DNA from: Candidatus Magasanikiibacteriota bacterium | GTDB taxonomy: Bacteria; Patescibacteriota; Patescibacteriia; Magasanikbacterales; UBA922 | Reading direction: 5' to 3' | NCBI GenBank assembly: GCA_014729395.1 | Contig: WJJZ01000010.1 | Span: forward strand, 220,544 to 284,543 | Length of the DNA stretch: 64,000 nucleotides | Shown: positions 36,989-46,489 of the stretch, in pieces | Numbering within the stretch: the first letter of the stretch is position 1 | Layout of the letters: each line of letters begins with the position of its first letter | Position numbers and translations under genes: made by a program | The notes under the pieces: generated by a model | The model's database searches: none | What the model saw: the letters and a program-made list of their open reading frames with translations, nothing else | What the model was told of the DNA's origin: nothing

Positions 36989-37849
36989 TTAGCTCAATTC
37001 GTCAACCAATCTTTTAAATTCCTCGTTAGAATAAAATGATATTGTAATAGAACCTTTCTCCCCTTTCTTCTTGATGATTACTTTGGTACCAAGTCTGTCT
37101 TCAATCATTTCTTCTTGTGCTAATAAGTTTGGATCTCGTCTAACAGAACCCTTTCTACTCTTTGCACCTTTTTTTGCAACTGTTTTTTCCAAATCTCTAA
37201 CCGTTACCTTGTCTCCCATCATAGAGGAAAAAACACTAATCTGTTCTTTTTCATCTTTAAGGCTCAATAGAGCTTTGGCTTTACCTGTACTAATTTTTCC
37301 ATCAATAAGAGCTTTTTGAATAACATCAGGTAAGTCCAATAATCTAATAATATTTGCAATTGTAGATCTATTCTTCCCCACTCTTTCGGCAACCTCTTTT
37401 TGTTTCAAATTAAACTCGTCCATTAAACGCTGGAAAGCAAATGCTTCCTCAATGGGGTTCAAATTTTGCCTTTGAATATTTTCTATTAAAGCCAGCTCTA
37501 ATTTTTCCTGTTTAGTAGCACCTCTTACTATTGCCGGAATTTTGGTCAATCCCGCAATTTCGGAAGCACGCAATCTTCTTTCACCGGCGATCAACTCATA
37601 ACCGCCATCAGTTTTTTCACTAACCGTAATAGGTTGCAACACCCCATGTTCCTTAATAGATACAACTAAATCTTCCAAATCCTTATGTGAAAAATCTTTT
37701 CTCGGTTGTTCGGGATTCGGTACAATCTCTGATATTGGAATATGCCAAATTCTATTTTTTAATTCCTCAACACTCGTTTGCTTACCGCTACTTTTTCTGG
37801 ATTTTTTTTGCTGTGGTATTAAGGAATTCAAGCCTTTACCAAGTGGCAT
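36989..37849 (-). CDS. parB: Chromosome partitioning protein ParB/Spo0J
   Basis: ParB box LIAGERRLRA, HTH, 286 aa. Confidence 0.85.
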   Translation of the reverse strand: MPLGKGLNSLIPQQKKSRKSSGKQTSVEELKNRIWHIPISEIVPNPEQPRKDFSHKDLEDLVVSIKEHGVLQPITVSEKTDGGYELIAGERRLRASEIAGLTKIPAIVRGATKQEKLELALIENIQRQNLNPIEEAFAFQRLMDEFNLKQKEVAERVGKNRSTIANIIRLLDLPDVIQKALIDGKISTGKAKALLSLKDEKEQISVFSSMMGDKVTVRDLEKTVAKKGAKSRKGSVRRDPNLLAQEEMIEDRLGTKVIIKKKGEKGSITISFYSNEEFKRLVDELS

Positions 37850-37888
37850 ATATAAATTTATTAATAATTAATAAAAAATTACCGTTAT

Positions 37889-38671
37889 TTAAGTTTCTGT
37901 TGTTTCGTATTTTTCCAAAACCTCCCTTACCAATCTTTCATATGCTTTAGCTCCTTTTCCTTTGGGGTCATAATGAAAAATTGATTGACCAAAACTTGGT
38001 GCCTCGGCCAATCTGACTGTTCGAGGTATGACTGTTCTAAATATAGTATCTGGAAAATATCGATAAAGTTCATTCATAACATCTTCTGATAATCTTGTTC
38101 TCTTATCATACATTGTCAGTACTGCACCTAAAATTTTTAACTCCGGCTTAATATGTTGCTGGATCAACGAAATTGTGTTTAAAAGCTGTCCCAAACCTTC
38201 CAATGCATAGTATTCAGCCTGAACCGGTATCATCAACTCATCTGCCGCCACCAAGCTATTTATTGTCAAAAGACCAAGTGAAGGTGGGCAATCTATAATT
38301 ATATAGTCATATGCATGCTTAACTTCTTCCAGTAAATCATGCAATTGAAATTCCCTTCTGTCCATATTTACGAGTTCCACATTTGCACCGGCCAAGTTTG
38401 AGCTACTTGGAGCTATTCTCAAACCTTCATGATCCGTATTTTTGATGATATCATAAAAACGTTTTTGTTTGGCCATTGCCTCATACACACCACTTTCAAG
38501 ATTATCCTTGCTAAAACCAAAACCGCTTGAAGCATTCCCCTGCGGGTCCATGTCTATAAGTAAAACAAATTTTCCCAACTCAGCTAAATAGGCCGCTAAA
38601 TTCATAGCGGTTGTTGTCTTTCCAACACCACCTTTTTGATTTACAATTGTGATAACTTTGGACATAAACAA
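37889..38671 (-). CDS. parA: Chromosome partitioning ATPase ParA/Soj
   Basis: Deviant Walker A KGGVGKTT, 260 aa. Confidence 0.9.
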   Translation of the reverse strand: MFMSKVITIVNQKGGVGKTTTAMNLAAYLAELGKFVLLIDMDPQGNASSGFGFSKDNLESGVYEAMAKQKRFYDIIKNTDHEGLRIAPSSSNLAGANVELVNMDRREFQLHDLLEEVKHAYDYIIIDCPPSLGLLTINSLVAADELMIPVQAEYYALEGLGQLLNTISLIQQHIKPELKILGAVLTMYDKRTRLSEDVMNELYRYFPDTIFRTVIPRTVRLAEAPSFGQSIFHYDPKGKGAKAYERLVREVLEKYETTET

Positions 38672-38689
38672 AAGCTTGAAATACCTGAA

Positions 38690-38790
38690 AAGCTTAAAAG
38701 GCCTGAAAGGCTAGTATCTATTGTTTAGAAGTCTTTCAGGCTTTTCTGGCATTTTAAGCCTTTCTAGCCTTTTATAATTATACTACAAAT
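38690..38790. promoter_or_regulatory. Repeat-rich parAB upstream region (GGCCTGAAAGG / CCTTTCAGGC / GCCTTTCTAGCC palindromic repeats), candidate operator
   Basis: Three interlocking inverted repeats within 90 bp directly upstream of parA start. Confidence 0.35.
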
Positions 38791-38835
38791 TGACATCAGA
38801 CACAATAAAATGTATAATCATTTAGCAGAAATTAA

Positions 38836-39050
38836 GCCCGAGTGGCCTGCCTTCGTTCCGATCTTATCGGAACTTCGGCAAGGCAAGCGGGACTCCGTAA
38901 AGCTCGCTACACTCGCTCTGGGTAAAGCTGGCTCTTATTTTGAGCTACAGTGAATAAAAGACGCTCAATATTTAAAATCAATAAACTAAGCCCGAGTGGC
39001 GGAATTGGTAGACGCGCACGACCTGCCTGCCGGCAGGCAGGCTCAAAATC
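38836..39050 (+). pseudogene. Decayed tRNA-Leu 5'-fragment copies: 11-nt stub (38836-38846) and 33-nt 5' half (38990-39022) interrupted by a 19-nt palindrome (CTGCCTGCCGGCAGGCAGG) before the anticodon loop (CTCAAAATC, 39042-39050)
   Basis: GCCCGAGTGGCGGAATTGGTAGACGCGCACGAC identical to intact tRNA-Leu at 39299; preceded by same 24-nt upstream sequence (AATATTTAAAATCAATAAACTAAG) as the intact gene; region 38847-38960 contains strong hairpins. Confidence 0.6.
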
Positions 39051-39199
39051 AACATTTTATGGTTTACTATGTTTACACAATAAAGAGTAAAATTAAATCA
39101 TATATTTATGTTGGAATTTCAGATAACCCTAATAGACGTATATTGTAGCATAATAAAGGTTATAATAAAACTACTAAGCCCTATAAACCGTTTGTATGT

Positions 39200-39297
39200 A
39201 TACTGTTAGAAAAGTATGATTCCAGAAGAGATGCAAGAGAAAGAGAAAAATATTTAAAGAGCGGCTTTGGAAAAGAATATTTAAAATCAATAAACTA
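39200..39297 (+). pseudogene. Remnant of a small GIY-YIG nuclease gene (C-terminal ...RERExYLKSGFGKEYLKSIN*) ending 1 nt before tRNA-Leu
   Basis: Frame encodes KPFVCILLEKYDSRRDARERENYLKSGFGKEYLKSIN*, matching the conserved C-terminus (REK/YLKSGxGRExLK) and a fragment of the N-terminal YVYIL motif of ~90-aa GIY-YIG proteins; internally deleted; a second decayed copy of the C-terminal codons (DAQYLKSIN*) at 38961-38990. Confidence 0.4.
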
Positions 39298-39298
39298 A

Positions 39299-39380
39299 GC
39301 CCGAGTGGCGGAATTGGTAGACGCGCACGACTCAAAATCGTGTTCCTTCGGGAGTGAGAGTTCGATTCTCTCCTCGGGCA
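39299..39380 (+). tRNA. tRNA-Leu (anticodon CAA)
   Basis: GCCCGAGTGGCGGAATTGGTAGACGCGCACGACTCAAAATCGTGTTCCTTCGGGAGTGAGAGTTCGATTCTCTCCTCGGGCA; long variable arm, anticodon loop CTCAAAA; D-arm nearly identical to E. coli tRNA-Leu. Confidence 0.85.
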
Positions 39381-39388
39381 CAATAATT

Positions 39389-40357
39389 ATGAAACTTTAC
39401 TTCGATATAATTATTATCACCGGAATATTTGCAACTGCCGTACCGGCAATTTTTTTGCTTTATCACCGTTCATTTTCTGAAAATTCACTGGAAAATAAGT
39501 TTAAAAACACATCTTTGATTTTGTCTCTTGTGTTGTTTATTGGTAGCATGGTATTGATCTATGGTAGTTTTTTTGAACCAAAACTTTTGATAACCAACGA
39601 ACAGGAAATTAATATGGAGGGTATAAATAATGAAATAGAAATTATTTTAATAGCTGACCCCCAAGTGGGACCCTATAAACAAGAAAAATATCTTGAAAAA
39701 ATTATCACCAGAATCATGGAATTAAAGCCTGATATCATTCTTATTGCGGGTGATATTGTAAATAATGGTATTCCAAACAAAGACGAAACCGTTTATTTAG
39801 ATCCATTAAAAAAATTGCCACTTATTGCCCCAACTTACGCTGTACACGGCAATCACGAGTATGGTATTGGATCTGAAAACCCGGAAGACAAAAAAGAATC
39901 TTTATCACCTGATGTAAGCCAAACAGTTAAAATTGCAATAGAAAATTTGAGTATAAAATATTTAGAGAATGATTTGGAATTGATTGAAGTAAATTCAGAA
40001 AAATTTTATCTTTTTGGTGGAGATTCTTATTGGGCTCGAAAACTTGATTTCTCTACCTTAAACAATCGCGAAGAGGATATCCCTACTATCGCCTTGATTC
40101 ATAACCAAGCGGCAATCTACGAAGCAACAAAACATAATGTTGACCTGGTATTAAGCGGCCATACCCATGGAGGACAAATTAGATTTCCTTTTGTTGGTCC
40201 ATTGGGCAGAGTTGATGGCAGCACTCCAAATGAATTATATCAAGGTCTACACCAATTCGGCAGCACAACCCTCTTTGTATCCAGTGGAGTCGGCGAAACC
40301 GGTACTCGAGCCAGACTGTTCAACCCTCCGGAAATAGTATTGATAAAAATAAACTAA
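39389..40357 (+). CDS. Membrane-anchored calcineurin-like metallophosphoesterase
   Basis: Motifs GDIVNNG, GNHEY, GHTHGGQ; start refined to MKLYFDI (track ORF start overlaps tRNA-Leu). Confidence 0.75.
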   Translation: MKLYFDIIIITGIFATAVPAIFLLYHRSFSENSLENKFKNTSLILSLVLFIGSMVLIYGSFFEPKLLITNEQEINMEGINNEIEIILIADPQVGPYKQEKYLEKIITRIMELKPDIILIAGDIVNNGIPNKDETVYLDPLKKLPLIAPTYAVHGNHEYGIGSENPEDKKESLSPDVSQTVKIAIENLSIKYLENDLELIEVNSEKFYLFGGDSYWARKLDFSTLNNREEDIPTIALIHNQAAIYEATKHNVDLVLSGHTHGGQIRFPFVGPLGRVDGSTPNELYQGLHQFGSTTLFVSSGVGETGTRARLFNPPEIVLIKIN

Positions 40358-40397
40358 AAAACAGCCATATGGGCTGTTTTTAAAATATAAATATAAT

Positions 40398-40901
40398 TTA
40401 AAATAACCACCTCAAAGCTCCACCTGCGAACAGAGTGATTAAAGTTACAAAAGTGGCCGCCAAGCAAACTCCCAAAAAAATCGGTGGAAAAGCTTTCTTG
40501 AAAGGGATGTTAAAAATAAATGAAGCAAAGGATGCTGTCCAAGAACCTGTTACGGGCAAAGGAATGGCAACAAAAATTACAAAAGCTATTAATCCATATT
40601 TTTCGTATTTTCCTGAAAAAGTTTTTTCAGCTCTTTTAAGATACTTGGTTAAGACCGGCCCCAAAAAACGCCTTTTTACCACCCAGTCATGAAGTACGGG
40701 TACTAAAAGTAAAATAAAAATAGCCGGGATTATATCTCCCAAAATAGCCAAGATCCATGTTGTAAATACGGGTAATTTGTATACCTCAATTCCTATCGGT
40801 ATGGCAGCACGCAATTCCGTAATAGGTATCATTGATAGAAAAAAGACCGCTAATTCCGGAGGAAAGCCCACAAACCATTCAACCGGATTTAAATTGAACA
40901 T
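40398..40901 (-). CDS. Polytopic membrane protein (possibly small multidrug-export/COG2426-like)
   Basis: 167 aa, 4-5 TM helices; family assignment from memory only. Confidence 0.4.
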   Translation of the reverse strand: MFNLNPVEWFVGFPPELAVFFLSMIPITELRAAIPIGIEVYKLPVFTTWILAILGDIIPAIFILLLVPVLHDWVVKRRFLGPVLTKYLKRAEKTFSGKYEKYGLIAFVIFVAIPLPVTGSWTASFASFIFNIPFKKAFPPIFLGVCLAATFVTLITLFAGGALRWLF

Positions 40902-40955
40902 AATAAATAAATTAAAGCCTAAACATTTTTTTACTTACAAAAAACATAATAATCC

Positions 40956-42029
40956 TTACGTGTCTAGTTCGGTCGAACTTGCAATTTCAATATTATCATT
41001 CTCCAATCTCTCTCCCGGCCATTTATAACTGGAAAATGTCCATTGGGCGATATCTCTGGCTTCTATAAATCTTGCTTCATGGTCAACGGCCCCCAAAACT
41101 ACCACATTTATAGTATGGCCCTTTTCATCAAATACTTGCATGGTAAAATTATAACCTGATGCGGGAATATAACCCGTCTTTCCTCCGGTAAACCCGCTAA
41201 AATTACTGCTTACCCAACCCAATAAGAGCCAATTCGTGCTCCACATATGATGATTTTTATTTCTTTTTGTAGAATACAAACTGAGTTCTTTTTTATTCAA
41301 AGCTTCTTTTATCTCATCATACTTCAAACTTTCATCCAGCAATATTGAAATATCCGAAGCAGTGGAAATATTTGTTGCATTCAATCCGGTAGGATCTGTA
41401 AAATAACTGTCTGTCATACCCAATTCCAAAGCTTTTTGATTCATTTTTTCAATAAACACTTTTTCATCCAAATCAAGACTGTTTACAAGACTCAAAATAG
41501 CTTTATTGGAAGATGCAACCAAACCGGCCTGCCAAAGCTCTTTTATACTATAAACATCACCTTTATAAACATGAGTGTCCAAAGAATCCGCCCCTATGAC
41601 CGTAGTGGTAGCTGACCAATCTAAACCCTGATCCAAAAGTACAATCGCCGTCATTAATTTTGTAATACTGGCAATAGGTCTTTGTATATATTCATTTTTT
41701 CTAAAAAAAACAAAACCTGTGTCAGAATCTTTGACAATCATGCTATCGGAACTAAATCGTTCGGGATTAATACTTTCTCCGATAAATTCAGGCAATTGCG
41801 GTTCTACATTTTTCGGGGGGCTGATCAAAACATCACCTCCCGCAGAAACTTCTTCAGTCTCCACCACTTTGGCAACCAAAAGAGAATCGGTCGGTAATTT
41901 TTTTTTCAAATCTAGAGAAAGATCGCTATAGTTAAAGAAAACAAACAAAAAAATTGTAACAAAAATCAACAACAAGCCGGCTGCATTCCTCCATTGATTT
42001 GCTAAATCTTTTTCTTTTAAAAAATTCAT
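40956..42029 (-). CDS. dacA: D-alanyl-D-alanine carboxypeptidase (S11, PBP5/6-like)
   Basis: SxxK (ASITKLM), SxN (VASSNKA), KTG (GGKTGY) motifs; N-terminal TM. Confidence 0.8.
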   Translation of the reverse strand: MNFLKEKDLANQWRNAAGLLLIFVTIFLFVFFNYSDLSLDLKKKLPTDSLLVAKVVETEEVSAGGDVLISPPKNVEPQLPEFIGESINPERFSSDSMIVKDSDTGFVFFRKNEYIQRPIASITKLMTAIVLLDQGLDWSATTTVIGADSLDTHVYKGDVYSIKELWQAGLVASSNKAILSLVNSLDLDEKVFIEKMNQKALELGMTDSYFTDPTGLNATNISTASDISILLDESLKYDEIKEALNKKELSLYSTKRNKNHHMWSTNWLLLGWVSSNFSGFTGGKTGYIPASGYNFTMQVFDEKGHTINVVVLGAVDHEARFIEARDIAQWTFSSYKWPGERLENDNIEIASSTELDT

Positions 42030-42031
42030 AA

Positions 42032-42565
42032 CTAATCTCCCCGGTTAAATATCTTTTCAACATATTCATGATTTGAAAATTCCTTGTAATCCGGTAACTG
42101 TTTTATATCGGTTATACCAAGGTGGCTCATGGCTTCAAATGAAATTGAATATATTGGTAAGGCCTTATCTTTATCCATTTTTTCTTCAATCAGACCTCTT
42201 ATCAAGAGATTTCTTATAATTACTGCACAATTGACACCCCTTACCTGCTCCAATTCCGGTCTGGTTATCGGTCCAAGATAAGCAATTACGGATAATGTTT
42301 CCAACTGGGCTCTGGTCAATTCGTCCGTAACTTCAGTCTTTACAAACCCTTCGACGGTTTCTTTATTATCGGGATTGGAACACATTTGATATTTTTCACC
42401 TTGTTTAATGATGAAAATCCCCGAATCAGGTTTATTAAACTTTTCTACCAGACTCTTGAGCAATACCTCAACCTTTTTCTTGTCAATTTTTAATGCTTTG
42501 GCAATTTGAGAGCTTGATAAAGGCTTTGAAGCCACAAAAAGGATGGACTCTATTTTTGATTTCAT
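42032..42565 (-). CDS. scpB: Segregation and condensation protein B
   Basis: 177 aa winged-helix pair typical of ScpB; adjacent to scpA. Confidence 0.8.
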   Translation of the reverse strand: MKSKIESILFVASKPLSSSQIAKALKIDKKKVEVLLKSLVEKFNKPDSGIFIIKQGEKYQMCSNPDNKETVEGFVKTEVTDELTRAQLETLSVIAYLGPITRPELEQVRGVNCAVIIRNLLIRGLIEEKMDKDKALPIYSISFEAMSHLGITDIKQLPDYKEFSNHEYVEKIFNRGD

Positions 42566-42574
42566 AAAATTTTT

Positions 42575-43267
42575 TTACACTTTTTCTATTGATATATCAC
42601 TGAACAAATTTTCCTGATTATATTTTATAGACTTTTGTTTCACCAATTCGAGTAAAGCCAAAAAGCCGATTATCAGTTCCGTCTTATTTTTTCCTCTACC
42701 GGAAATATCAAAAAAACTACAACTTCCTTTTTTATTTAGTAAATCTCTAATATGATCTATTTTTTCTTTCATGGAAACAGCCTTATCAATATGGGTGCTT
42801 GGTAATTTTTTTGGTGGTTTTATTCTATTAATCAACTTTGACATCGAAATATAAAAATTTTTTCCTGAAAAATTTTTCGGTTTCACAAATTCATTAATGA
42901 CACGCGGGGGTTCAGTCCTAAAATAACCTAATCTGCCATCCAACCAAAGATTATTTATTTTTTTTGAGGCCTCAATAAACTGTTTATATAATTTCAATTG
43001 CTTTTCCAAACTGTCCGCTTCTTCATCTTCTGGAGAAAACTGAGGTAATAACATTTTGGATTTTAAATAGAGCAATTTTGTTGCTACAACTAAAAAATCA
43101 GCCAATTGCTGAGCTTTTTCTCCGGTTAAAGTATCCATATATTCAAGAAATTGCTCTGTGACCTGTGAGAGAGCAAGCTCTGAAATATTCAACTCCCTTT
43201 CTTCAACCAAACTCAACAGCAAATCATAAGGTCCATCAAATTGTTCAAGTTTTAACTTGGCCGGCAT
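42575..43267 (-). CDS. scpA: Segregation and condensation protein A
   Basis: 230 aa, ScpA N-terminal motif LEQFDGPYDLLLSLVEERELNISELALSQVTEQF. Confidence 0.8.
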   Translation of the reverse strand: MPAKLKLEQFDGPYDLLLSLVEERELNISELALSQVTEQFLEYMDTLTGEKAQQLADFLVVATKLLYLKSKMLLPQFSPEDEEADSLEKQLKLYKQFIEASKKINNLWLDGRLGYFRTEPPRVINEFVKPKNFSGKNFYISMSKLINRIKPPKKLPSTHIDKAVSMKEKIDHIRDLLNKKGSCSFFDISGRGKNKTELIIGFLALLELVKQKSIKYNQENLFSDISIEKV

Positions 43268-43287
43268 ACTAACCTGAAAAATATTTT

Positions 43288-45060
43288 TTATTTTTTCGAT
43301 TTTTTATTTATGACCCTCAAACCCAATTCTTTTAACTGTTCACTGTCAACTTTAGCGGGGCTACCCATCATTGGTTCTTCCGCTTTTTGGTTTTTTGGGA
43401 ATGCAACTACAGACCTTATATTAGTTTCGCTACTTAAAAGCATAACAAGTCTTTCTATGCCCGGTGCCAATCCGCAATGAGGCGGAGCACCAAATTCAAA
43501 TGCATTAATCATGTGGCCGAATTTATCATCCACTTGTTTTTTTGTATAACCGGCAATAGCGAAAGCTTTATACATTATTTCCGGATCTTTGTTGCGGACA
43601 GCGCCTGAAGAAAGCTCTAATCCATTGGCAACTATGTCATACTGAAATCCCAAAATATCCAATGGATTCTTTGTTTTTAAAGACTTCATACCCCCCTGCG
43701 GCATTGAAAAAGGGTTATGTGAAAAATCGATTTTTCCGCTATCTTCGTCTTTTTCATACATTGGAAAATCTACTATCCAAGACCAAGCGATTACATTTTG
43801 ATCCGGTAATTCTCTCTTTTCAGCGATAGCCGCTCTAACGGCACCAAGAGACAAACAAGCAGTCTCCCAAGTGTCTGCCGCAAAGAAAATTATACTGTTG
43901 TCCTCTATATTTAGCAATTTACGCAATTTATCAAGTTCGTTTTTTGTAAAAAATTTTGAGACTCCGCCTTCAAATTCATTATCGATGTATTTAAGCCAAG
44001 CCAAACCTTTTGCACCTTGACGCTCGGCTGCATCACAAAGGTCATTATCAATTATCTTTCTGGTAAAATCATTTCCACGATCAACTACCAAAGCCTTGAT
44101 ACAATTCGCCTTATTGAAAACATTAAATTTGGTTTTTTTTGCCCATTTACTAATATCCGTTAATTCCAAGTCATATCTCAGGTCAGGTCTATCACTGCCA
44201 AATCTATCCATCGCCTCTTTGTACGGAATTCTTGGAAAGGGTTTTTGCATGCATTTTTTGCCTGCCACTTTTTCTGTTAGCTCTACAAACAGGGGTTCCA
44301 TTAACTTAAAAAAATCATCCTGATCCATAAAACTGACCTCACAATCCATTTGATAAAATTCACCGGGTGATCGATCAGCCCTGGCATCCTCATCGCGCAT
44401 GCACGGTGCAATTTGATAATACCTATCAAAACCCGCCACCATTAACAATTGTTTATACTGTTGAGGTGCCTGAGGTAAAGCATAAAATTTACCCGGATGA
44501 AGACGACTGGGTACCAAATAATCTCTGGCCCCTTCAGGAGAAGATACAGTTAAAATCGGTGTTGATATATCAATGAAAGAATTTGATTCCATGTATTGTC
44601 GAATATATCTCACAACTTCAGAACGAAAAATAATTGTATCTCGCAATTTCTTCCTTCTTAATTCCAAGTAGCGATATTTAAGCCTCAGCTCCTCATCCTC
44701 TTCATTTTTTCCACTTTCAAATATTTCAAAAGGTAAAGTCTTTGACTCGGATAAAATTTCCAAGTCCTTTGCTTTCACCTCAATTTTACCGGTACTTAAA
44801 TTTTTATTTACATCTTTTTTATCACGCATGAGTACGTCACCTGAAATTTTTACTACATACTCATACTTTAGCTTTTTAGCTTTATCGGCAATTTTTTTAT
44901 CTTTGGAATCAATTACTATTTGAGTAATACCAAATCGATCTCTTAAATCTAAAAATATTAAACCTCCCATTTTCCTATGCTTGTGTACCCATCCGGATAA
45001 TAAGACCTCCTTACCAACATGTTTTGCTCTTAACTGACCGCAAGTGTGCGTCCTATACAT
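43288..45060 (-). CDS. aspS: Aspartate--tRNA ligase (bacterial type)
   Basis: OB anticodon domain, class II motifs FRDE, insertion domain, PFPRIPYKEAMDRFGSDRPDLR, GLAPGIERLVMLL; start refined to MYRTHTCGQL. Confidence 0.9.
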   Translation of the reverse strand: MYRTHTCGQLRAKHVGKEVLLSGWVHKHRKMGGLIFLDLRDRFGITQIVIDSKDKKIADKAKKLKYEYVVKISGDVLMRDKKDVNKNLSTGKIEVKAKDLEILSESKTLPFEIFESGKNEEDEELRLKYRYLELRRKKLRDTIIFRSEVVRYIRQYMESNSFIDISTPILTVSSPEGARDYLVPSRLHPGKFYALPQAPQQYKQLLMVAGFDRYYQIAPCMRDEDARADRSPGEFYQMDCEVSFMDQDDFFKLMEPLFVELTEKVAGKKCMQKPFPRIPYKEAMDRFGSDRPDLRYDLELTDISKWAKKTKFNVFNKANCIKALVVDRGNDFTRKIIDNDLCDAAERQGAKGLAWLKYIDNEFEGGVSKFFTKNELDKLRKLLNIEDNSIIFFAADTWETACLSLGAVRAAIAEKRELPDQNVIAWSWIVDFPMYEKDEDSGKIDFSHNPFSMPQGGMKSLKTKNPLDILGFQYDIVANGLELSSGAVRNKDPEIMYKAFAIAGYTKKQVDDKFGHMINAFEFGAPPHCGLAPGIERLVMLLSSETNIRSVVAFPKNQKAEEPMMGSPAKVDSEQLKELGLRVINKKSKK

Positions 45061-45151
45061 AATATTATATTTACTGACATAATGGATATATTTTATCAAT
45101 TTTTAGCTGAATATGCAACCAAAAAACCCTCATTCAGTGAGGGCTTTTTTA

Positions 45152-46447
45152 TTATGGACTAATTCGATTTACCAAACGTGGAAAAGATATACATTCACGT
45201 ATATGTTCAACACCACCAATCCAACGAACGGTTCTCTCCAATCCTATGCCGAAACCTGAGTGTTCTATACTTCCATATTTACGTAAATTTAAATACCAAT
45301 CATAATCATCTTTTGGTAAAGCCTCTTCTTCTAACCGAGATAGCAAAAGATCAAAGTTATCTTCACGTTGAGAACCGCCAACCAGCTCACCCGCCCCTTC
45401 GATACCGATCAAATCATCATTTAACACCAAATCAGGATTTTTCGGATCTATCTTCATGTAAAAAGGTTTTATTGATTTTGGCCATTTTTCAATAAAGATA
45501 GGAACATCGGAATCCTTTGTGAGCAAAGCCTCATCATCGTTTCCCAAGTCTTCTCCGTGTTTTATATCTGATCCAAGTTCTTTTAATTTTTTTACCGCTT
45601 CGCCATAGCTGTAGCGAAGAAAAGGTTTTTCCAACAGATTTTCCAACATGGAAGTATTACGCTCCAGAATCTGCAACTCCAGACTGCAATTTTGCAAACA
45701 TGTTTTTACAATATATTTGACCAAAGCTTCCTGAATGCGCAGATTTTCTTCGTGATCGACAAATGCTGCTTCAGCATCCATCATCCAAAATTCTGTAAGA
45801 TGCCGCTTTGTCGTAGATTTTTCAGCTCTAAAAACAGGTCCGAAATCATAACATCTTCCTACCGAAGCAATTGCCGCCTCAATATATAATTGACCGGTCT
45901 GAGACAGGTAGGCTTCACCCAAATCAAAATATGGAACAGAAAATAAAGTGGTTGTCCCCTCACACGCGTTGGGAGTCAGTACTGGAGAATCAACACGTAT
46001 AAAAAATTCTTTATGCATAAAATCATGAATAGCTGATTCAATCATATCTCTAATTCTTAATATTGCCCACTGTTTTTTACTTCGAAGCCAAAGGTGTCTG
46101 TTATTCAGCAAAAAATCAGGTCCATGTTCTTTTTTAGTAATTGGGTATTCTTCTGATACTTGAACAATATTTATGTTCGATACCTGAAGTTCAAACGTAT
46201 CTTTATTTTTGGGATGTTTTGTTACTTTCCCTGTTAGCTCCAAGGATGATTCTTGTGTTAGATTATTGATACTATCCCAGACCCCGGCACCAACACCCTC
46301 TTTAGAGACGACTGCTTGAATAAAGCCGGATCCGTCGCGAATTTCTAAAAATGCGATCGAACCTGAAGAACGCATATTATAAAGCCAGCCCGAAATATCA
46401 ACTTCCTCGCCGACATGATTATTAATATTAGCAATCAAAATTTTCAT
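45152..46447 (-). CDS. asnS: Class IIb aminoacyl-tRNA ligase, Asn--tRNA ligase or archaeal-type (non-discriminating) Asp--tRNA ligase
   Basis: 431 aa; OB fold + class II core (FRAEKSTTKRHLTEFWMMD, GFGIGLERTVRWIGG); no GAD insertion. Confidence 0.75.
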   Translation of the reverse strand: MKILIANINNHVGEEVDISGWLYNMRSSGSIAFLEIRDGSGFIQAVVSKEGVGAGVWDSINNLTQESSLELTGKVTKHPKNKDTFELQVSNINIVQVSEEYPITKKEHGPDFLLNNRHLWLRSKKQWAILRIRDMIESAIHDFMHKEFFIRVDSPVLTPNACEGTTTLFSVPYFDLGEAYLSQTGQLYIEAAIASVGRCYDFGPVFRAEKSTTKRHLTEFWMMDAEAAFVDHEENLRIQEALVKYIVKTCLQNCSLELQILERNTSMLENLLEKPFLRYSYGEAVKKLKELGSDIKHGEDLGNDDEALLTKDSDVPIFIEKWPKSIKPFYMKIDPKNPDLVLNDDLIGIEGAGELVGGSQREDNFDLLLSRLEEEALPKDDYDWYLNLRKYGSIEHSGFGIGLERTVRWIGGVEHIRECISFPRLVNRISP

Positions 46448-46489
46448 ATTATATTGTTATTAAACAGAATTGTATTGTATTGTAAAATT

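Noticed and set aside
36989-38790. Canonical parS (TGTTNCACGTGAAACA) near parAB
   Set aside because: No match seen by eye in or near parAB; the upstream palindromes are different (GGCCTGAAAGG type).
39174-39383. 69-aa minus-strand ORF and N-terminal extension of the 39305 plus-strand ORF
   Set aside because: Both overlap the intact tRNA-Leu gene; the phosphoesterase gene starts after the tRNA.
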